This document shows positions 31,001 through 43,000 of a stretch of DNA of 64,000 nucleotides, one piece after another. The position numbers were made by a program, and so were the translations under genes. The notes below the pieces were generated by a model. It ran no database searches, was not told the origin of the DNA, and saw only the letters and a list, made by a program, of their open reading frames with translations. Source of the DNA: Chrysomallon squamiferum (lineage: Eukaryota; Animalia; Mollusca); assembly GCA_012295275.1 (NCBI GenBank), contig CM022671.1, positions 19,158,001-19,222,000 of the forward strand. The letters run 5' to 3'. The number at the start of each line of letters is the position of its first letter. Position 1 is the stretch's first letter.

Positions 31001-33117
31001 ATGAAATCTTAAGTGGGATTTTGTTTTGTTTTCTTAACTGCTTTAAAAATAAATTGGAAATTGATTCTTTTGGTAAAAAGACTTCACATTACAAAAAAAT
31101 TCTTCTTAGTTTCACATTCATCACTTACTCTATTTATATTGCAAAATATTTTTAAAATAAAATTAATTTTTCATAACTATTCACTAAATATGAAATTTAA
31201 AATTTTTTTTCTTTTTTTTTAATAAAATAAACAATGCTTTAATTTTTTGTATAAATACAGTATTTGCTTTCATTTAGCATTTTTCTTTAAAAAATACAGT
31301 ATATTTGTTCAAATATGCCTGTTTTCATGTTAGACAATCTTGTGATATCCAGTCGAGCTCGCAGGTTATCAGGTAGTTTCTTAATCCTTCCCAACTCCTT
31401 CCCCTATTTTAAATTAAACTAACTTCTGAAAATCAGCATAGGTGTTTGGTCTTTATAATTAGCTTAATATTCTGAAATAAGAGATGAAGGACTTACTGAC
31501 ACAGTGTTTACATTGTTTTACTGATCTGACCACTTGTTACTGGTATTTATTATACAAAAATATTAGTAATATAAGTAATGAATTTTCAGCTTTAGGTTGT
31601 TGTTTTTTTCTGTTACACAACTGTGGGAAATATAACTTCCAAACTGAGCAAAAATTAACATTTTTTGTGCCTATTTATATGGACGTGTCAGTATTATACT
31701 TTCACGGAAATGTGTGAATGAAAATGCTAACATAAAGTAGAAGGGGAGAGAAATCAGTTTTAAATATGTATTATGTTATAGTATAATGTATGAAATTTAA
31801 AGCAAATAACAAAGTACACATATATATTATATAATATTATATAGTATATTATATATATAATATAATATAGTGTAGTATAATATAATATAATATAATATAA
31901 TATAATATAATATAATATAATATAATATAATATAATATAATATAATATAACTGTAACATAATTTAACACATACCTCTATGAAATAATACTCAGATTTTTA
32001 AAATACACATTTTTATATCTGGGTAGATGATTTAGTCATGTCCAGTGAAGCCCGCAGGTTATCAGGTAGTTTCTTTTTCTTATTAAATTGTTTCATAAAT
32101 TTTATAATCTTTCATAATGATACAGTCAAAAAGCCAAATTAAAAATACTTTAATTATAGTATTTATTTATTTATTTATTTATTTATTTTTTTTTTTTTTT
32201 ATAATTTGTAAATACTTCTGTTAAACTTGATAAGTTATATGAATATCTGTCTATTTATACCTTGTTGTTTTGTCAGATTGTTTTTTAAATATTTAAAAAA
32301 AAAATGTTTTTACAAAAATTATTACTTGAACAATGTAGCATAGAGTAATTTAAATAAACTTTGTTTTTAATACTAGTCACTTTAGTGGCATACCAATCCA
32401 GCTAGGAGATTTCCATCAGGTAGTTCCTTGTTTTAAAATTTTTAAAAATTCTTTAAAGTGATAGTCCAGTCTAAGTACTTTTTTTTATTAAACATTTCTA
32501 GCATAGTCCATGCAGACTCCTTATTCTAAAATTCTTAAATTATTTCCCTTTTTTCAAAAAACAAAACAGAAAACAACACAAAAAACACTCTCTCCACTTT
32601 TGTTTCAGATCTTGTGTTTACATTATATTTAAAATCTGAAGAAGCATTAAAATTAGTATTAAAACAAAATATTTCTTTTATCACAGGCTTATTACAAGAC
32701 CATTTTTATTTTTAAATGTATTTCATTCCCATACAGAATTGCATTTATCATTTCTTTTGCCATGTTTTTTAATCCTTTTTTTTTTTTTTCTCATATTCTG
32801 TAAAAACATTATTTTTGGTGAATAATCCTTTTATATTAGTATAGTATTTTTCAGTGTTATAAATGCCCTCCAAGATGCCTAATTTGTTATTTTCAGGAAT
32901 ATTTTAATTGTAAAATAGCTCGTTTTTCTGATCTGGTTCCAGTATATTAAATTATTAATTTTCCTCAGTTAAAATTAAATTTAGAACTTTTTACCTTATA
33001 TTCAAAATTAATAATTCTTACAAATGTCTAACTTAATAAAGGTTTTATAATTCAGTCATAATAAATAGCATTTAATATATATGAAACCCAAAACTGAAAT
33101 GGGTGGATCAACAACAA

Positions 33118-33156
<39 letters not shown>

Positions 33157-34025
33157 TAATAATAATAATAATAAAAAATAAAAATAATAATAATAATAAA
33201 ATAACAAATATTTTTTTTAAATTACAGAAAAAGGCAATATTTTATAACTGATTTCATAAAAGGCATATACACTTTTTTTATTACTATTTTTTTGTTTAAC
33301 TTTGTTTGGTGCTGGGACATTGGGAAAGAAAAATATGGATAGAATTATTCAACTAGTTGTATTACATTTCAGCTGGAAGAATTTTATGAAATGAGCTTAC
33401 TAATTCATTATGCATCTTTACATTGCTTCAAAAATATTTAACCTGCATTTATAAAGAAATATAAACATGATTAATTTCTTTCTTTTTTTTAAATAACAAC
33501 TATAAATTTTACCAAAACATTTTTAATGACAAATTATAAATATGTATATACTTACTATCATATACACATATATTTTTACTTAATTATAATTTTTTTCTGC
33601 AAATTTGATTCCACATGTTTATAGCAACATTATTAATATAACAGGCATTCATTATAACATAATTAATATTTAGTGTTACTGCTAATTATCATTTTAATTT
33701 AAAAGTCTTCTGTTTTCATTGTGGCAGCTTTACTTTTATAGGCAAACAAGTATCATTCTTTATTGAATTGTATGTTTGGGCTTTCCCCATTCGAAACAGT
33801 GATCAGTATAACAGATATCATGATACAGCATGCTTTCCTGTCTCTTTGAAACATGCCTAGCAGTATTCAACAGCAGTGGGTTTCATTCTTATTATGTGAT
33901 ATAAAAATAACTAAATATTATTTTAATTCATTCATTCTTTCATTCATTCATTTGTTAATTCTTTTGTTAGTTTATTGATTTATAAGTCATCAGATCAGTA
34001 AATATTTGTACTTGAAAAATAGTTT

Positions 34026-34060
<35 letters not shown>

Positions 34061-37000
34061 TATTTCAGCCTCCAATGCCAAGGCTTGCTATGCAACTGGC
34101 CGTGGTATTCAGCCAAGAGGAATCAGGGTCAAGGACAATGCTGAGTTCAAAGTTCACACAGCAGGAGCAGGAAAGGGTGATCTTAACGTTCAGATTATTG
34201 GACCAGGTGGGTACTTAGTTATTTATTTCATAATTAATTAATTAATATAAAAATAAATGTACAATATGAAGTAACTGGTGATTAAAGAAATTGAATATGT
34301 GAGAGTAATAATAATTTTATTAAATTTATATCTTTTTAAATTATCAGGACTTGTTTGTTACTGATAAAAACAAAATATAAGCATTTAAATATGTGATCCA
34401 AAAACATTTAAATGGCAAAATATAATGTGGAAAACTTTTTAAAATTTTCTTTTTTCCTTCATTATTTCTGAAAAAATAATGGTAATTTATTGCATAATTC
34501 TAACCATATTCCTTTTAATATTATTTTACTTGCTTTTGTTATAAAAAGGTGGGATACCAGAGAAGTGCAATGTAAGGAAATCTCCAACTGAAGAAGGAGT
34601 TTACCTCTGCAGCTATGTCCCTACAAAACAAGGATCATATGTCATCAATGTCACTTTTGACAATGCTCACATTGCCAAGAGTCCATTTAAGGTTGATGTT
34701 GGTCCTTTTGTTCTGTCTAAGATTGTTGCATATGGTCCAGGATTGGAATCTGGAGTTGTTGGCCAGCCTGCTGTCTTTACAGTGGAAACAAATGGAGAAA
34801 CTGGTGCTCTTGGTATGTAATGTCTGTGTACTAACACATACATAAGAAATTTCATAAAATGTATTTATTTATTTAATATGTCTTTATTATTATTATTATA
34901 TACACAAGTTTTGAAAATTTAAATATATTTGTATTAACTTAAAAAATGATCAAAACATTTTTGTACATGTAAATATAGTATAATATTACATATTTCCAAG
35001 GTTTCTCCATTGAGGGCCCATCACAAGCAAAAATAGACTGCAAGGACAATGGTGATGGATCAGCTGATGTCACCTACTGGCCTACACAAGAAGGGGAATA
35101 TGCAGTGCACATCCTTTGCAATGAACAGGACATCCCCAACTCCCCATACATGGCCCAGATCCGCCCTGCTGAACCATTTGATGCATCGAGGGTTTGTTAA
35201 TGATGTTTTTTTTAGAATATGATGTATTAAAGAGCTCTTCATAATTCATTTTAAATATAAAACAACAACAAAAACAGAAGTGAAGTTTATTAAGTTTGGA
35301 GCACAAAAAGTCAAGATCTGTTGTAACAAAGCTGATATCTCCTGGCTCTAATTGGAATGAAATATTCATTTTAAACATTGTGCAGCTTTTGCTTTCTTCT
35401 AATTAAAATAGTTTACCTCTATGATGTAGTAACCATTGTTGCAGGTTACTGGTGAAGGGATGTTTCTATAACAGTTAAATGAATTCTCTTTTCCAATTAA
35501 AACAATATCTTAATTTTATTGTTTCATTACAGGTCATTGCTAAAGGGCCAGGGCTGCAGAAGACAGGTGTTACTGTTGGACAAAAGGCTGATTTTCATGT
35601 GGACACAAGATCAGCAGGAAAAGCACCACTGTCCATCCAGTGTTTTGATGTGGACTACAAACCTGTGGACGTTCTCATCAGAGACAACAAGAATGGAACA
35701 TTTGATTGTCACTACACCCCAAAACGCAATGTGAAACACACAGTTGTCATTTCATATGGTGGAGTGAATGTACCCAATAGTCCATTTAGGGTGAGATGTA
35801 AAATAATTTGATAGAAAATATATTTACTGTATCACTTTTTGTCTGACTCTTTTACAAAGTTACTGGATAACTCATAATTAATTTTCATCTTTACATAAAA
35901 ATGTTGATATATTTATTGCAGTATATATTTAGTGAGTTGTATAATGCTGAATTATAAATATATGATCATCCTAGAACAGTTATTTACAAGGTAATTTAGA
36001 ATTGTTTTTGCTGTTATTACTTTCATCTTTATTTATTTAATGTTTGGTAATTAATCTGTTAATTAATCCATAGATACTTTCTTTCTGTAAACAGATAATT
36101 ATAATGTAGTTTCTCATCATTCTTAACAGATTTTTGTGTCTGAACCGACCAATCCTTCCAAGGTAAAAGTTTATGGACCTGGTGTAGAAAAAGGTGTAAA
36201 AACCGGAAAACCAACCAGTTTCAAGGTGGACTGCAAAGAGGCTGGGCCAGGTAAAATTTTTAGTTAATGGATTTTATTAAATTAAAAATAATTATTTTCC
36301 ATGAATTAAGTATAGATATTTTTAAAATCTATATTATAGGAAGGATATTACTGTATATTTCCTTGATATGTTGAAATATTTAAAAAATTAAAAATGAAAA
36401 TTTAGGAAAAAGATATTAAAAACACAAGAAACCAAAGCATTTTTATATAAATTTAGTTGACTCAAGAAATACTTTTAAATTTATTATTTAAAAATGTATA
36501 TGTAAAATAATTTCATACTTGTCTAAAATAATATTCCTTCTGTTGTAGGTGATGTTGCTATTGCCTTAACTGACAGTAATGGCCAAGATGTTCCAGTGAA
36601 CGTTACTGACAATGGTGATGGTACTTTCACTGTGGATTATGAACCAAAGACACCAGGAACATATACTGTAATGGTGTATTTGGCAGGCAAGGAGATACCA
36701 AAAAGTCCTATCAAGGTTAATGTTGAGTCCAGCATTGATGTTAGCAAAGTCAAAGTTGTTGGCCTTGAACCAAGTAAGCATCTTTATTATTTAAATAATT
36801 TTTTTTACTTTAGCCACAGTATTAATAAAATATGAATAGATGAAATGTATGGCAGGATTAAAAATATGACTAAGGTATATGTGTATGTATAAAGTGACTC
36901 CCCTATCCAATAGTTTCTTGATACTTTAATATCTTAGTATGAATTGAAGATTTAGGCAGGTTAATCTAGGAAAATTATTTTACAAGGAGATAATGTATTT

Positions 37001-40000
37001 GTTTGGCATTGTCAGTTCAAAATTGAAGAACAACATAAAATCACAGATAAAAGATAAGCATGGATAGAAATAATGAGAACAAATTATCCAACAATTTTTC
37101 TTTTTGAAGCAGTTGTAAAAAAATGATTTTATACTCTGAAGTTATCCTTTAATTTTGTTGTTAATCTACTTGAAAATCATCAGAAAAAAACACTTTAATA
37201 TTTTCTTTGTAAAGAAATGCCTATGGGTGTGGAAAAGAAAATTGACATTATCTCGGCTGGCTTACCCAAAGCCGAGGCACGAGTGATGATAACCTCTCCT
37301 AGTGGACAAACAAGAACTGTCCCTACTCAAGAAATAGCTAATGGCCACACTGCTAGTGTTGCCTTCTTAGAGCCAGGCCCCCACATGGTCAGTGTTCAGT
37401 ATGCTGGTGTTGAGGTTCCCAAATCTCCCTTCAAGGTGGAATCGGTAAAAATGCCACCAAAAGTTAAAGCTTATGGCCCAGGTCTTACTTCTGGCCAGCC
37501 TGAGAAACCATGTTGCTTTACAATTGACACCAGAGAAGAAACCAACCCAGGACAGCTAGGTGTTACAGTGGAAGGACCCACAGAGTCCAAAATTGAATGT
37601 ACGGATAATGGGGATGGCACTTGTGCTGTGGCCTATTTCCCACAGAAGGAAGGAACCTACAAGGTGAATGTAACATATGGAGGTCAGCACATCCCCCAAT
37701 CTCCATTCACTGCTGAGATTGCCAAAGGTGCAGGAATTGATGTCAGTGGAATTACAACCAGTGGGCCTGGTCTGTCTCCTGATGGTAAAACGATATGTTC
37801 ATATGCATGGTTGAATGTCTCCCAAGCCTCTTGATGTCATTGCCTCAACTAATACTTTATGCTAACAATGGATTGAAGATAATCACTTCTTTAACATCTG
37901 CAGAATTTTTCATTGCATGTTTTCAGCTCTTTTGTTTTTTATTTTTTTTTATTTTTAATGATCTTTTTATATTTCAGTTTTAATGATTAGTCTTGGAGAA
38001 AAAAAAAATGTTTTCCTTTCATTTTATCTTTTTTTACTTGGCAGAAATGAAATTAAATTACTAACTTGATATTTGCAGCTGTAAAAAGATTGCATTATTT
38101 ATTTATTTATTGACAAAATGTAGACTTATGGGTATTAACACAATTAATAAGATATCATAGTGCAGGCAGGTGTTTGTGACATGAATTATCTCCCCTACAT
38201 AACAAAAAAATCATTTTAATTATATAACCAGATCTTGGAATACAATTTTTAAATTAATAAAAAAAAAATTTCCATTATATTTTATTGTTTCTTTTACAGT
38301 TATTTTTATTGTGCAGGATAAAAGAAAACATTGGTTATTTGTTTATTTTATTTTTTGTTTTGATGTTGTCATCTAATAAGTTTATTAATAACAGAATATC
38401 TAATACAAATGATTTTGTTACTAAAATATGCTAATCTGTTTGATATTATTAGTTAATAGTTTTATGTTTGAATGGTTAGATATAATTAGGCATTAAATGA
38501 ATTTTTTAGTTGTCACAGAATAGATGAAATGGCCATCAAGTGCTTTAGTTACGTTGAATGAAGAATGCATTGGCTTAAATATTCAGACATTTTCTGTTTA
38601 TTGTTTAGCAGTTCACATATCATCAGTGTATATTTCATATTTTCATGCATTATTATTCTAGAATATCTACCACTGATCTAAATTTTACCTGTTATTTCAC
38701 ATTCTGAGGATAACATATTTACTATGCCATCGTTAAAAAGCAATTCTCTAAATGTTTTGCATTATTCTTGATTTTTTTTTATATCTTTCATCATAGGCTC
38801 TCAGTAAAAAGCTGTGATCTAAAATGTTGTAATGTCTAAATAAAACCTATCATTGTAACCGTACTATTATTGAAAAGTAATGATCTAAATCTTGTTATGC
38901 CTTGGAACTGCTTATCTTGTGTCACTTCAGTATCTTTGACATCTGCAGATTCTATGATTTTGTGTTCAAGATTTGAAATATATTAATGATATTCAGTGTT
39001 AATGTTATTAATATTATTATTTTTATTATTACTATATTTTCTGTCAGTTTTAATCTATGATTAAGATTTTAGAATGTTGATTAATGTGGGAGAGAATAGA
39101 TAGTTTAATAAGAGAAATAAATTATTTTTAAATGTGCGTTTGTGTAAATATGAAGCAGTTTAGATACATGAATTGATGGAGAGTAATTTAGTTTGTTTTA
39201 TTTTTTTATAAAATCATTTATACATGTTTCAAGTGATAGAAAATCTTGATTTCTTTTAAAAAAGAATTGATTTCATTTTTATTTTTCTGTCTTTTGTTTT
39301 CTCTTTTCTTCCAAGTTCCATAAGCTAAGGTTTGTATTGTCAGATTCATTATGCAACTGAAGTTGAATTTAACATTGTTAATATTTTGTTATTAACCAGT
39401 TTTCCATGTCAGTATGTTTCACTGAATATTTCATTTATCACTATATTCCACTGAATGTTTTATTATGAGTGTGTTCCACTGAATGTTTCATAATGAATAA
39501 TACATACAGAAGACTAAAACTTATGTCATTTTAGGAGTATTTATTGAATCTCCTACTGAGTTCACTGTTGATGCTAAATCTGTCACTCCTGTTGGCGAAG
39601 GCAATGTCAAGGCCATCCTGACAAACCCAAAAGGTCAAAAGACAGAATGTCCAGTTCGCAACAATGGAGATGGTACCTACACAGTGCAGTATATTCCATT
39701 TGAGACTGGTAACTTTATTTTTTTTTATAATCTAATTTTGTGAAATAGTATTAATAAATAGTTTAATCTTTTATTCTGGGTAGGTTTGATAATGGCTTCT
39801 TGTTTATTAAAAAAATCCACTGAAGTCCAGTTATCAGAACTTCAAATTAATTTGTCTTCAAAAATATTTCAACCAGACATTGAAAAATAAAAAATATTTC
39901 AACCAGTAATTGAAAATAAACTGGTACTAGAAATGTTGCATATGTGATAATTTTAACACACTTACCTGTATAGGTGTAAATTGTTTCAGGACCGATGACA

Positions 40001-43000
40001 GTGGATGTTGCCTATGAAGATGCTGTTATTCCTCACAGTCCATTTTCTGTACAGGCTATTCCAGGATGTGATGCCAACAGAGTAAAAGCTTATGGACCTG
40101 GTATGTATTTGATACAGTTTTCATATTGTCAGTGAATTATTTAGTTTCAGATTAAATTTTAATTATTTATACAATATAAACATTAATGAAAGTTTTCTAC
40201 TGATGTTTCATCTTTTTACCTCTATTTTAAGTTAAGTTATCCCAGTTAGGTTATGGAAAGATATTCTGTTGGATGCTGATGAAGCTTTTTGGTTTTAAGT
40301 TGCATTGCTGGATGTGCAAACTGAAATAGAAAATGATAATATAATATAATTATTTTTAAAAACCTTTACATTTTAAATGATTACATTTAGAATATTCTTT
40401 CACATGTGTATATGTGTGGTTATGTTGGTAAAAATTTATTTATTTTTATATTTATTCAGGTCTTGAAGGTGGTATTGCAAATGAACCAGCTCGCTTCACA
40501 GTTGACATGAAAGGTGCTGGTAAGGGAGGACTTGGACTTGGTATTGAGGGACCTGTGGAGGCACAGATGAACTACACTGACAACCATGATGGCAGCTGTG
40601 GTGTTGAGTACATGCCCACAAAACCTGGCACTTACGACATTTCTATCAAATTTGACGAGAAGCATATCCCAGGTTGTTAATCATTGCATATTTTTGTGTC
40701 TTAACAGTAAAGTCAAAACATTTATCTGTTTTCAATGTTTTTATAAATGATTTTGAATATACAGTTTTTAACAAAAGAATTACACACCTAGGAAATTGAA
40801 AATTAGATGTATTTCATATTTTCTCCTTGAGTTACAAATATTTTGGGTATATATTAGCACTTTTTCATTAGTCCAGTATGATGCCTGTATATATGCCAGA
40901 GTTCTAATTTCTGCTAATACATGGCAATACCAATATTGCTAGAGAAGAGTTTAATCAGTCATAAGTTTTATTTTCTAGGTTTGAACAATGTATTTGTCCA
41001 ATTTGGGTTTTTTAAATGAATATTTCAGAAAATAAAATTACAGAGAATGTAATAATAATAATAATTTAAAAAAATAATAAAGATAACAACAAAATACATA
41101 TTGCAATGTAGCTTCCCTTCATTAAAACATTATAAACTTTTGTTCTATTTACAGGAAGTCCATTTAAAGTTAAGATTCAGAACCCAATTGATGCCAGCAA
41201 GGTGAAGTGTTATGGTCCTGGTCTTGACACAAAAGGGGTTAAAGCAGGAGAACCAGCAGTATTCACTGTGGATGCATCTGAGGTTGGTGAGGCACCAATT
41301 GAGGCAACTACAACTGATCAAGCAGGTGAATGTTGTTAAAAGTTGTTCTGTGAATTGTGGTTCAATAATGGTACAGAAATATTTCACTTTGACAGAAAAA
41401 CCAATACCTTTAATCTTGTATACAAATACATTTACTAGCAGGAAACTAAATTCAGTAAATGGTTGTCATATATTTAATAAAAATTAACTGTTCATTATCA
41501 GAATGTTCTAATTTATTACAGGAAACAAGAGACCTATTATGCTTGAGCCAATTGAAGAAGGCAAGTTCAAGGCCACATATCTCCCAACTGAGGAAGGAAA
41601 ATGTAAAATTGATGTCAAATATGCAAACCAAGATGTACCTGGCAGGTAAAAGTGAAATCTTTAAATGTGTTTACCTGTCTTAATTCAAAAGCATAAAAAT
41701 GAATAGGAAATTTTTATCCAAGCATGATTTGAATTTGAAAATGTGTTAAACATTTTCTTCTCACCATTATAAAGTTTTATTTAAATGAAGTTTATCTTGT
41801 TTCATCCTTAATTTTATCTTATTTTATTTATTAATATCAATATTTGTTCAATTATTTCAGTTAAATTTACTAATAATTAATCTGTTACATTTAACAGCCC
41901 ATTCAGCATGCGTGTCTTGCCTGGAATAGACCCAAGCAAGGTGAAGGTCACTGGTGCAGGAGTAGATAACAGCACACCTGCTAGTCTGCCCACCACATTT
42001 ACCATTGACACCAGAGAAGCTGGAACTGCTGATCTGGAGGTCTTTGTCCAGGTGAGTTATCTTCCTTGGCTGCTGATTTTCATTCAGTTAGTGAATATGT
42101 ATGTCATATGGGATTTGTATCTAATGCTAATATTGAGATTGTCAGAGTATCAAAGTTTGCATATAAGTTTTTTTCTTTACAAATAAGATGTATTAGTTTT
42201 TAATTCTATGTAGTTTTAAGCAGCAGCATTAATTTTGACAAAATGAAATAAAACCTCACAAATACAACATATAAAGTGGATGCAATCAGCTTTGGCATTA
42301 AAAACAAGCAAAAAAGAAAAAGCCCCAAAAACCCAATTCACTATAAAATTTAAATTTTGTAATTAATTTCTAAAATATCTTTTTCACTGACATAACAGTT
42401 AAGATTTGTGTAAAATTAGTGTGGGAATGTTTTCTTTAACATGTCTGTCATTGAAATAACCCTTTTCCTTGTTAGAGATTTCTTCCCAAGTCAGATACAA
42501 AAAACACATAGGAACTGTTAAAGACAATAAACAAAATTCCCTACTATTTGCTTTTAATTTCTGCAGCGCCCTGATGGTACATACATTGGTCCAATGATCA
42601 CAGACAATGGGGATGGTACATACAATGTTACTTACACACCAGAAGATCTTGGTGTTTATGACATCAAAGTGAAGTATGCTGGCAAAGATGTTCCAGGCTC
42701 ACCTTTCAATGTCAAGGCCACACCCACTGGAGATGCCAGCAGGTGTAAAATTACAGGTAAAGAGTTAATTGAAAAATTATTTCTGTTATAAGTAACAAAC
42801 TAGCAAAACAATTTGCATATTAATTTTTATACTTTAAATTAGTTTATCTGTTTATCAATTACTCTATTATGCTATCACTCTTGCTATCTGTCTGTTATCT
42901 ATATTAATTACCTTTTGAAATTTCAAATGAAATTGAAACCCCCATCAAGCTAAATGTTAACATGAAGCAATGCATATAATTATCTTTTCAGTGAAATCCT

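Noticed and set aside
39962-39990. Alternative upstream acceptor at 39973 for exon 16
   Set aside because: Adds 16 nt and breaks the frame
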